Assembly (NCBI GenBank): GCA_030528645.1
Contig: JAUMYM010000003.1
Span: 41,521-105,520, forward strand
Origin: Erysipelotrichaceae bacterium
GTDB lineage: Bacteria > Bacillota_I > Bacilli_A > Erysipelotrichales > Erysipelotrichaceae
DNA: 64,000 nt
Direction of reading: 5' to 3'
Numbering within the stretch: the stretch's first letter is position 1; each line of letters begins with the position of its first letter. The position numbers and the translations under genes are program-made. Below, piece after piece: positions 28,323 to 37,084 of this stretch. The notes beneath the pieces are model-generated. The model searched no databases, was not told the DNA's origin, and saw only the letters and a list, made by a program, of their open reading frames with translations.

Positions 28323-30116
28323 TTACTTTCCTTTTTGATTTTTATTTGCTAGTAATAGTGCATCTTTATGATTTAAAATAACAGGAATCACAATAGGATT
28401 ACGATTTGTCTTCTTAAATAGAAATGGCTCTAAGGATGAACGGATAGTATTTTTTAATTCACCAAAAGTTGTACGTTGTTGCATTTTCTTTTTCAAAGCT
28501 TCATAGACTACTAATTCAGCTTCTTTTAATAGAGTTTGACTTTCTTTGATAAAGACAAAGCCACGAGAAACAATATTTGGACGACACAGTATTTTATTGT
28601 ATCGAGAATCAATAGAAACAATAACAGATACTAGACCATTTTCACCTAGAATTTTACGATCACGTATCACGGATGTAGATAATCCTGAAGTATCATTTCC
28701 ATCTACATAAATATCATCTGTTTGAATACGCATATTCGCTTGGAAACATTCACCATCTCTTAATACAATGACATCTCCATTAGAACATATAAAGTTATTT
28801 TCAGGTTTTACTCCTGTTTCCACAGCACTTTCAGCATGAAGCTTCAACATTTTATATTCACCATGAACAGGCATAAAATATTTCGGTTTAATTAATTGTA
28901 ACATCAATTTTTGTTCTTCTTTAGAAGCATGTCCAGTGGTATGTAACGAAGCTAAAGGTGAGTTAACAATGACATTTGCTCCAACACGTGTTAGTTGATT
29001 TACAATCACAGAAACATTTGTTGCATTACCAGGAATTGGAGAAGAAGAAAAGACAACAGTATCTCCAGGAATAATCTTAATATGCTTATGTGTACCATTG
29101 GCAATACGACTTAAGGCAGCTAGGCTTTCTCCTTGTGAACCGGTACATACAATACATATTTTTTCTGCCGGTAGAGTGTTTAACTCTTCCGGTGATACAA
29201 AATTTGATTTTTTTACAGTAATTGTTTTTAAATTTAAACCAATCGCAACAACATTTTCCATTGAACGACCAAAGACTGCAATTTTACGTCCACAATCTAC
29301 AGCAGCTTGAATGATTTGTGATAAACGATGTACGTTGGAAGCAAAAGTTGAAACAATTAATCTACCTGGTGTTTTTCTAGTAATATCTAAGATGGATTGT
29401 GCTACTTTCTTTTCACTAATCGAAAACCCTTCTACTTCAGCATTTGTTGAATCAGATAATAAAAGAGTTACACCAATTTGACCTATGTAAGCCATTTTTT
29501 GATAATCTGAGTTTGTACCAACCGGAGTTAAATCAAATTTAAAATCTCCAGTTTCTACAATTCTACCGTTAGGTGTATTAATTAAAACACCTAATGAATC
29601 CGGTATAGAGTGTACTGTATTGAAAAAACCAATACTAAAATGTGTTGTCTTAATGGATGTAGAAGCATCAATTTCCACTAGTTTTGTAGCTTTTGACATG
29701 CGTCGTTCTTCTAATTTCTTTTCAATAAGTGCGCACGCAAAGCGAGGGGCATGGATCTTTTCAATTGGTAAAACTTGTAATAAGAAAGGAATACCTCCAA
29801 TATGATCTTCATGTCCATGTGTAATGATAAGGGCTTTTACCTTTTCTTTATTTTGTACTAGATGGGTATAATCACATATGACATAATCAACCCCTAATAA
29901 TTCATCATCAGGAAATTTTACTCCTGCATCTATGACAATGATTTCATCATCATGTTGGAAACAATACATATTTTTTCCAACTTCACCTAAACCTCCAAGG
30001 GCATAGACTAACGTATCTTTTTTAAAATCAATCTGATTATCTGTATATACGGTTTCTACAACCTTGCGACGAGAGGCATATTTTCTTGGTGCTTTAACAC
30101 CGTTTTTTTGATTCAT
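28323..30116 (-). CDS. rnj: Ribonuclease J (metallo-beta-lactamase / beta-CASP)
   Basis: HGHEDHIGG motif and beta-CASP region in a 597-aa product. The true start may be internal. Confidence 0.85.
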   Translation of the reverse strand: MNQKNGVKAPRKYASRRKVVETVYTDNQIDFKKDTLVYALGGLGEVGKNMYCFQHDDEIIVIDAGVKFPDDELLGVDYVICDYTHLVQNKEKVKALIITHGHEDHIGGIPFLLQVLPIEKIHAPRFACALIEKKLEERRMSKATKLVEIDASTSIKTTHFSIGFFNTVHSIPDSLGVLINTPNGRIVETGDFKFDLTPVGTNSDYQKMAYIGQIGVTLLLSDSTNAEVEGFSISEKKVAQSILDITRKTPGRLIVSTFASNVHRLSQIIQAAVDCGRKIAVFGRSMENVVAIGLNLKTITVKKSNFVSPEELNTLPAEKICIVCTGSQGESLAALSRIANGTHKHIKIIPGDTVVFSSSPIPGNATNVSVIVNQLTRVGANVIVNSPLASLHTTGHASKEEQKLMLQLIKPKYFMPVHGEYKMLKLHAESAVETGVKPENNFICSNGDVIVLRDGECFQANMRIQTDDIYVDGNDTSGLSTSVIRDRKILGENGLVSVIVSIDSRYNKILCRPNIVSRGFVFIKESQTLLKEAELVVYEALKKKMQQRTTFGELKNTIRSSLEPFLFKKTNRNPIVIPVILNHKDALLLANKNQKGK

Positions 30117-30130
30117 ATATTCTCCTTTAT

Positions 30131-30706
30131 TTAATCTAATAAAATCGCATCTTTTTTTATTTCAAATGGATCTTCTTGATTAATATGGTCATAAAATAAA
30201 ATGCCATTTAAGTGATCCATTTCATGTTGTAAGACAATAGCTAAGAAATTTCTAGCTTTGATTTGAACTTGTTTTTTTGTTAAGTAATCCCATGCATCAA
30301 TTTTAATACGTGCACTACGATATACATAGCCTGGATGAGGGTCTTCTACTGAAAGACATCCTTCTCCACTTTTAAGAGCAATCTGTTGTATGGATGAAGA
30401 TACAATTCTAGGATTGATTAATGCATATTCATAATGAATTAATTGACCGTTATGATCATAATCATCACAAATGACAACCAACATTTTCTTAGGAATACCA
30501 ATTTGTATGGCTGCAATTCCAACAGCCGGTTTCAATTTTTCTTTTACTGCAAGTTCTTCATCAGTGCTATTTTTAACATAGGTATACATACTTTGTATAA
30601 TGTCTTCATCTTCCTGTGATAAAGGCATAGAAACAGCTGTGCTTTTTTGACGAATGTCAATGTTTAAATCACAATCTTTAATGATTGTATCTATATTTAT
30701 TATCAT
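30131..30706 (-). CDS. def: Peptide deformylase
   Basis: GIAAIQIG, EGCLS and HEMDHL motifs. Confidence 0.9.
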   Translation of the reverse strand: MIINIDTIIKDCDLNIDIRQKSTAVSMPLSQEDEDIIQSMYTYVKNSTDEELAVKEKLKPAVGIAAIQIGIPKKMLVVICDDYDHNGQLIHYEYALINPRIVSSSIQQIALKSGEGCLSVEDPHPGYVYRSARIKIDAWDYLTKKQVQIKARNFLAIVLQHEMDHLNGILFYDHINQEDPFEIKKDAILLD

Positions 30707-30800
30707 AATAAAATCTTCCTTTACATTTACAAATTATAATGATAATTTGATTATAATCAAGGTATATAATATGATAAAATGAAATAGCACGAGGTTATTT

Positions 30801-31991
30801 ATGAAAATAAGAATGCAAGAAATTATCAAGATGTTATTTAAAATTGATTTACGAATCTTTCTTTCAACAATCATGTTATCTTTTGTTGGTCTTTTAATGA
30901 TTGCCTCGGCTTCTATGGGATTAAAAACAGGTGATAATAGTTTTTTAATTTCAATTTTATTTAAACAATTTATTTTTGTTGTATCCGGATTGTTTATGAT
31001 AGTTTTTTGTATTCGTTACTTTAATTTTAACATATTAGCAAAAAACATGACAAAAATTATGTATATAACAGCTGTATTATTACTTGTTGCTGGTTTTTCT
31101 AAGGAAGTAGGGGGAGCAAAGGCTTGGATTACAATACCACTTCCTGGTTTAAAGGTATCGATTCAACCGAGTGAATTTGCAAAAATTACGGTGATTTTAA
31201 TGGTTACAAATTTTTTATCTGATAAACGAGATATGAATGTTTCAGAATGGGATTTTTCTAAAAAGACTCTTGTTTGGTTTGTTTTATACCTTTTTTTAAT
31301 CTTAGTGTTACAGTCTGACTTAGGTAGCGCTTCGGTATTACTATTTATCGGTATGATGATTTATTTAATACCAACCCATCGTTTATTGTATCGTTATCAA
31401 CGATGGAACATGTTGTTTATTGTTTTGGGTGTTTTTGGAGTAGCACTACTATTATCTCCAATCGGAGTTAAAATTATTAGTTCCTTAGGCATTGCTGATT
31501 ATAAAGTCAATCGTTTTATTGTAGCTGCAGATCCTTTTTCTGATAAATTGGGTACAGGTTATCAATTGGTAAATGGTTTGATTAGTTTTGCTTCTGGAGG
31601 TTTGTTTGGTTTAGGTTTTGGTACTTCCATACGTAAATATACGAATTTTCCTGCTGCAAATACGGATTTTATCTTAGCGATTATTGTAGAAGAATTAGGT
31701 ATTGTAGGTTTTATGATTATATTTATATGCTACATCCTTATTATTTATCGTTTATTTTACTGGGCATTAAAAATGAAGAATCAAAAAGGAAAGGTCATTT
31801 TAATAGGCACCGCCATGTATATTTTTATTCACTTTGTTTTCAATGTTGGTGGTGGTACAGCATTAATCCCATTAACCGGAGTTCCTTTATTGATGATTTC
31901 ACAAGGAGGTTCTTCGACGATGTCCATTATGATGTGTATAGGACTTTCTTTATCCGTTATTCAGATGTATAAGTCAGGAGTCATTGTCTAA
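30801..31991 (+). CDS. SEDS-family peptidoglycan glycosyltransferase (FtsW/RodA)
   Basis: A 396-aa polytopic membrane protein with SEDS-like conserved loops (PSEFAKI, TDFI). Confidence 0.75.
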   Translation: MKIRMQEIIKMLFKIDLRIFLSTIMLSFVGLLMIASASMGLKTGDNSFLISILFKQFIFVVSGLFMIVFCIRYFNFNILAKNMTKIMYITAVLLLVAGFSKEVGGAKAWITIPLPGLKVSIQPSEFAKITVILMVTNFLSDKRDMNVSEWDFSKKTLVWFVLYLFLILVLQSDLGSASVLLFIGMMIYLIPTHRLLYRYQRWNMLFIVLGVFGVALLLSPIGVKIISSLGIADYKVNRFIVAADPFSDKLGTGYQLVNGLISFASGGLFGLGFGTSIRKYTNFPAANTDFILAIIVEELGIVGFMIIFICYILIIYRLFYWALKMKNQKGKVILIGTAMYIFIHFVFNVGGGTALIPLTGVPLLMISQGGSSTMSIMMCIGLSLSVIQMYKSGVIV

Positions 31992-32536
31992 TGAGAATTA
32001 TTGCTGGAGAATATCGTCATCGCATGCTAAAGACACTACCTGGTAATACTACAAGACCAACACTAGATAAGGTAAAGGAAGCTGTATTTTCTAGTTTAGG
32101 AACGTATTTTCAAGCTGAAGCGATGTTGGATTTATTTAGTGGTTCTGGAGCGATTGGCTTAGAAGCAAAAAGTCGTGGATTTCAGCATGTATATTTTAAT
32201 GACAATAATAAAGAGGCTGTAAAAATTATTAAAGAAAACATCACTTCTTTAAAGGCGCAACAATGTTACGTAAGTCAGTTATCTTATCAAGATTGCTTAG
32301 CGCAATTAGCTAAAAAAGGTGTAAAGTTTCAATTGATATATCTTGATCCACCTTATCATTTAAAGGTTGTTGATGAAATTCTTAAATTAGTTGACAAGTA
32401 TGAATTATTGGATCAGGGTGGTAGGGTAGTTGTTGAATCATTAAAAGAAGAGGAAATTTCAAGTTGTGCATCTATTATAAAATATAAAGAGGCAAACTAT
32501 GGTATTAGTAAGATTACGTATTTAAAAAAGGAGTAA
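31991..32536 (+). CDS. rsmD: 16S rRNA (guanine966-N2)-methyltransferase
   Basis: DLFSGSGAIGLEA and DPPY motifs. It sits upstream of coaD, the conserved pairing. Confidence 0.85.
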   Translation: MRIIAGEYRHRMLKTLPGNTTRPTLDKVKEAVFSSLGTYFQAEAMLDLFSGSGAIGLEAKSRGFQHVYFNDNNKEAVKIIKENITSLKAQQCYVSQLSYQDCLAQLAKKGVKFQLIYLDPPYHLKVVDEILKLVDKYELLDQGGRVVVESLKEEEISSCASIIKYKEANYGISKITYLKKE

Positions 32537-32539
32537 AGT

Positions 32540-33022
32540 ATGAAAGCATTGTATCCCGGATCATTTGATCCTATTACGAAAGGACATATTGATATTATTG
32601 AACGAGCTTGCAAGATGTATGAGGAGGTTGTAGTAGCTATTATGACTAACCCTAAAAAACAAGCAACGTTTTCACAGGAAAAAAGAAAAGAATGGATTGA
32701 AAAAAGTACAGCTCACTTAAAGAATGTAAAGATTATTGTAGGAAGTGGATTAACCATTGATTTGGCAAAACGTTTAAATATCCATGTATTAATTCGCGGT
32801 ATCCGTGCAGTTGCTGATTACGAGTATGAACTGCAACAAGCTACAACAAATATGATGTTAGATCATGAAATTGAAACAGTGTTTTTAGTGGCTAAACCTG
32901 AATTTTCTTTTTTAAGTAGCAGTGTAGCAAAAGAGGTTGCCAGTTATCAAGGGGATATTCGTAACATGATTCCGGAAGAAATTATTGATGAGGTATTATT
33001 AAAGTTTAGTAAGAATCCGTAA
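32540..33022 (+). CDS. coaD: Phosphopantetheine adenylyltransferase
   Basis: ALYPGSFDPITKGH motif in a 160-aa product. Confidence 0.9.
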   Translation: MKALYPGSFDPITKGHIDIIERACKMYEEVVVAIMTNPKKQATFSQEKRKEWIEKSTAHLKNVKIIVGSGLTIDLAKRLNIHVLIRGIRAVADYEYELQQATTNMMLDHEIETVFLVAKPEFSFLSSSVAKEVASYQGDIRNMIPEEIIDEVLLKFSKNP

Positions 33023-33063
33023 TATCATTTTTAAATGACTATAAAGATGGTATAATAAAACAT

Positions 33064-34116
33064 ATGAAAAAAATATTTAAAAGTTACCTATTCAATATAT
33101 TAGTAATTGTATCTTTTACGATACTTGCATTATATTTTACCTTAAAAGATGATTTTAAAACGATTATCAATACTTTGGCGAATGTTAAGATTCCATATTT
33201 ATTGTTGGTCTTAGGTTTGGTGTTATTGATACAAGTATTAATCGGTATGATTCTAACAACGATTACTAAATTAAGTAATCCACATTATAAGTTACGCTAT
33301 GGCATTGTTAACGCCTTAGTAGCAACTTTTTTTCATGGTATTACTCCAAGTGCTTCCGGTGGTCAATTTGCTCAAGTATATGTTTTTAAAAAGCAAGGTG
33401 TTGATATTGCGGATAGTGCAAGTGTACTATGGATGGATTTTATTATTTATCAGGCAACGATGTGTCTTACTGTGTTGTTGTTAATTTTATTGCGTTTTAC
33501 TTATTTTTATCAAAAATATAGTCAGTTTTATATCTTTGTTCTGTTAGGTTTTTTAATTAATGCGTTTGTTATTTTTGGTTTATGGGCGATTGCTCGTTTT
33601 AAATCTGTTTATACTTTTTTAACAACCACATTAATTCGTATTGCACACAAGTTTCGTATAGTAAAAGATATCGATGCAACTTTGCACAATATTGATGTAC
33701 AATTGGAAAAGTTTAAACAAGAAACAGATAAGTTGAAAAAGCATAAATCTATTATTATCAAGTGTATTATTTTAAATGTAATTCGTTGTTTGCTATATTA
33801 TGCAGTTCCTTATTTTGTATATATTGCTTTAGGTTTTGAGGTACATCCGGGTATGTTGGTTTCTATGATGGCTCTTACTTCCTTTGTTTCTATGACAACG
33901 GCATTTATTCCAATTCCGGGAGCCAGTGGGGGTACTGAGGCAGTATTTACCTTGATGTTTTCAGCGATTATGGGTTTAAAAGCATCAAAAAGTGTCATGA
34001 TTTTATGGCGTTTTGCATCCTTTTATTTCATTATGTTGGTAGGTGCATTGGCGTTTGTATATTCAAAGGCAAGTAAAGAAGTGGAGGTTCATCATGAAGA
34101 TAGGCATATTTACTGA
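33064..34116 (+). CDS. UPF0104 / lysyl-phosphatidylglycerol-synthase-TM-like (flippase-like) membrane protein
   Basis: A 350-aa protein with about 8 TM segments, charged loops and an ASGGQFAQ motif. It overlaps the downstream GT4 gene. Confidence 0.55.
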   Translation: MKKIFKSYLFNILVIVSFTILALYFTLKDDFKTIINTLANVKIPYLLLVLGLVLLIQVLIGMILTTITKLSNPHYKLRYGIVNALVATFFHGITPSASGGQFAQVYVFKKQGVDIADSASVLWMDFIIYQATMCLTVLLLILLRFTYFYQKYSQFYIFVLLGFLINAFVIFGLWAIARFKSVYTFLTTTLIRIAHKFRIVKDIDATLHNIDVQLEKFKQETDKLKKHKSIIIKCIILNVIRCLLYYAVPYFVYIALGFEVHPGMLVSMMALTSFVSMTTAFIPIPGASGGTEAVFTLMFSAIMGLKASKSVMILWRFASFYFIMLVGALAFVYSKASKEVEVHHEDRHIY

Positions 34117-36094
34117 TACATATACTCCCGATATTAATGGGGTAGTATCTTCGGTTGTAACATTAAAAAATAGCTTAGAAAAAAATGGACATGAAGTCTA
34201 TGTGGTGACCACTTATCCGGGATTATTAAAAATTCAAAGAGAGAATAATGTGTTTCGTTTACCTGGGATTGAGTTAAAGTTTCTATATGGCTATGTATTA
34301 ACAAGTCCATTACATTTAAGTTTGGTGGATGAACTGGATCAATTACAGTTAGATTTAATCCATGTTCATACAGAGTTTGGGATTGGTATTTTTGCACGTA
34401 TAGTGGCAAAAAGTTTAAATATCCCATTGATTTCCACTTATCATACAACGTATGAAGACTATACACATTATATCAATTTCTTAAAGTTAAGTAGTATTGA
34501 TGAAATTGCTAAAAAAGCAGTTGCCAATTTAAGTAAGATGTATGGAGATTCATCTACGGAAGTTATTGCGCCTTCTGAAAAAACCAAAGAGATGCTGATG
34601 CGTTATAAAATTCGTTCTAAAGTGCATGTCGTTCCAACTGGTCTGGATTTAGATAAATTTAATCCTAAAAATAAAGTAGCATCTAAAGTAATGGCCATTA
34701 AAGAAGAATGTGGTATTAAAGAGGGTACTAAGATGCTTCTATATGTCGGTCGTATTGCAAAAGAAAAGGCGATTGATGTCGTTATTGAAGGTTTTAAGGA
34801 AGTAAAAGAAAAAAAATTAAATATTAAATTTGTAGTGGTTGGTGGTGGTCCTGACTTGGAAGGGCTACAGAAGCTAACAAGTGAATATGATTTGCAGGAT
34901 TACATTGTCTTTTTAGGTCGTAGAAGTGCCGATGTGGTTGCGGATTATTACTTAGCTGCAGATGCCTTTATTTCAGCTTCTTTAAGTGAAACACAAGGAG
35001 TTACTTTCATTGAGGCATTAGCAAGTGCTTTACCCGTATTTGCACGTAAAGATGATGTCATTGTTGATTTAGTATTAGATGGTAAAACAGGCTATTACTT
35101 TAATGAAGAAAAATCTCTTGCTACATGTTTAAAATTGTTTTTAGAGTTATCCAAAGAAGAATTAAAACGCATGCAAGAATGTGCGCTAGAAGTAGTTAAA
35201 CCATATGACATGAATGTGTTTTATCATAAGATTATGGAAGTATATCAAAGTAGTATTGATTTATATCGAAATCAATTCAAAGTAAAAGCTATTTCAAATA
35301 AAAATGATTATGTTACGGTTACATTTACTTCTTATAATAAAAAAGAAACAAAGATGATGATTAATATTGACTCTTTAATTAAATATGGGTTAAGAAAAGA
35401 TGTTGTAGTAACAAAAGATACGATAGATTTACTTTTGAAAGAAGAAAGTGTAGTAAAAGCCTATGATGCTTGTTTAAAGAAGATTGTATTAAAGGATCGT
35501 TCTCGCAAAGAAATGTATGATTTTTTAACACAAAAAACAACATTAGATATTGAAGATATCAATAATATTATTGAAAAACTAGAACAACGTGGTTTAATTG
35601 ATGATTATAAGTATGCCAAAGGACAAGTTTATAACTTAAATTTACTGCTACAAGGACCATTTAAAATTTCTAAATTTTTAAAGAAAAAAGGAATTTCTAT
35701 GGATATCATTGAAGAAGTAGTGAATAAAGAGATAAAACAGGAAGATGAAGATAAACATGCATTAATGTATGCGAACAAAGTGGTGTCTACGATTAAAGGG
35801 AAGTCATTTAAAATGAAGAAGATTCTTTTAAAAGAAAAAATGTTTCATCAGGGCTTTTCTAAAGATGTAATTGATGTAGTAATCGATAAGGTTGATTTTG
35901 GTGCAGATGACTTAAATCAAATGAATACATTAAAAAAAGTAGTGAATAAGGCTTATAAACGCTATAGCAATAAATATAAGGGCAGCAAATTAAGAAACAA
36001 TATATTTCGTTATTGTTTAATGCAAGGGTTTGAAGTGGAAGATATCTACTCAATATTAAATGAAATGGAGTGGGATGATGAGTCAAAAAATTAA
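34094..36094 (+). CDS. GT4 glycosyltransferase (diacylglycerol glucosyltransferase-like N-terminus MKIGIFTDTYTPDINGVV) fused in frame to a C-terminal RecX-like domain
   Basis: GGAGG ribosome-binding site at 34080. The GT-B fold signatures fall in residues 1 to about 400. The C-terminal roughly 255 aa (about 35330..36094) show the RecX-like helical repeat pattern (RSRKEMYDFLTQK..., GLIDDYKYAKG). There is no stop between the two parts. Confidence 0.65.
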   Translation: MKIGIFTDTYTPDINGVVSSVVTLKNSLEKNGHEVYVVTTYPGLLKIQRENNVFRLPGIELKFLYGYVLTSPLHLSLVDELDQLQLDLIHVHTEFGIGIFARIVAKSLNIPLISTYHTTYEDYTHYINFLKLSSIDEIAKKAVANLSKMYGDSSTEVIAPSEKTKEMLMRYKIRSKVHVVPTGLDLDKFNPKNKVASKVMAIKEECGIKEGTKMLLYVGRIAKEKAIDVVIEGFKEVKEKKLNIKFVVVGGGPDLEGLQKLTSEYDLQDYIVFLGRRSADVVADYYLAADAFISASLSETQGVTFIEALASALPVFARKDDVIVDLVLDGKTGYYFNEEKSLATCLKLFLELSKEELKRMQECALEVVKPYDMNVFYHKIMEVYQSSIDLYRNQFKVKAISNKNDYVTVTFTSYNKKETKMMINIDSLIKYGLRKDVVVTKDTIDLLLKEESVVKAYDACLKKIVLKDRSRKEMYDFLTQKTTLDIEDINNIIEKLEQRGLIDDYKYAKGQVYNLNLLLQGPFKISKFLKKKGISMDIIEEVVNKEIKQEDEDKHALMYANKVVSTIKGKSFKMKKILLKEKMFHQGFSKDVIDVVIDKVDFGADDLNQMNTLKKVVNKAYKRYSNKYKGSKLRNNIFRYCLMQGFEVEDIYSILNEMEWDDESKN

Positions 36095-37016
36095 AGATTT
36101 AAATTTAGGTGAAGTGGTAACGATGCCTGTTTTAATTACGACATTTTCTACGGCTAAGACGACAAGTGGAGCAACCTATTTAACGTTATATCTTCAAGAT
36201 GCTTCTGCTGGCTTAGAATCAAAGTGTTGGGATGTAAAAGAAGATATGTTGAAATCGTTGAAAGCGGGTTTAGTATTTCAAGTAACGTTTGAAGTCTTAA
36301 AATATAAAAATGCATTACAAGGGAAAGTGTACAATATTGTTCCGATGGATCAATCTACCATCCATATAGAAGATTTCTTAATTACATCGAAAGTTCCTGT
36401 AGAACAACTACAACAAGTTGTAAAGCAAAATATTAATGCGATAGGTAATGAAATTATACGTAAGATTATTATTGAGCTTTATAAAGAATATCACGATGCA
36501 TTTTTTCGTTATCCGGCAGCTAGCAAAAATCATCATAATTTTGTTGGTGGTTTGGCAACCCATGTGGTTGGTATGTTAAATCTTGCGAATCATTTATGTG
36601 ACTTATATCCACTATTATCACGTGATTTAATGTTAGCAGGGGTATTACTACATGATTTGGGAAAAGTTAATGAACTATCAGGTCCTATTAATACAGAATA
36701 TACGATGGAAGGGAAACTCATAGGACATATCTCTATTATGAATGCTAAGATATATGAAGTAAGCCATCGTTTAGGTTATCAAGATAGTGAAGAGGCTATT
36801 TTACTTCGTCATTTAGTATTATCGCATCATGGACAACTGGAATATGGTTCTCCTGTAATGCCATTGATTTTAGAAGCTGAAATGTTGCATTTCATCGATA
36901 ATATTGATGCACGTATGAATACATTGGAGAAGGCTTTTTCAGAAGTGAAAGCAGGAGAATTTACTACAAAGTTATTCCCTATGGAAAATCGTAGTTTTTA
37001 TAAACATAATTTATAA
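36075..37016 (+). CDS. yhaM: 3'-5' exoribonuclease YhaM (OB-fold plus HD domain)
   Basis: An N-terminal OB fold and the HD motifs HHNFVGGLATH and LSHHGQLEYGSP. The ribosome-binding site is ggagtggg. Confidence 0.75.
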   Translation: MMSQKIKDLNLGEVVTMPVLITTFSTAKTTSGATYLTLYLQDASAGLESKCWDVKEDMLKSLKAGLVFQVTFEVLKYKNALQGKVYNIVPMDQSTIHIEDFLITSKVPVEQLQQVVKQNINAIGNEIIRKIIIELYKEYHDAFFRYPAASKNHHNFVGGLATHVVGMLNLANHLCDLYPLLSRDLMLAGVLLHDLGKVNELSGPINTEYTMEGKLIGHISIMNAKIYEVSHRLGYQDSEEAILLRHLVLSHHGQLEYGSPVMPLILEAEMLHFIDNIDARMNTLEKAFSEVKAGEFTTKLFPMENRSFYKHNL

Positions 37017-37017
37017 A

Positions 37018-37045
37018 GTGTTGAGGATACTCAACATTTTATTTA
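37018..37045 (+). terminator. Rho-independent terminator after yhaM
   Basis: gtgttgag-gata-ctcaacat followed by TTTATTTAT. Confidence 0.5.
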
Positions 37046-37084
37046 TAGCTTTTTCTTTTGCTATAATAGAGAAAAGGAGTAAGT

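Noticed and set aside
34043-34093. A 5' extension of the GT4 ORF (MHWRLYIQRQVKKWRFI)
   Set aside because: There is no ribosome-binding site, and it overlaps the end of the upstream membrane-protein gene. The canonical GT4 start MKIGIF has a perfect GGAGG site, so 34094 is the start.
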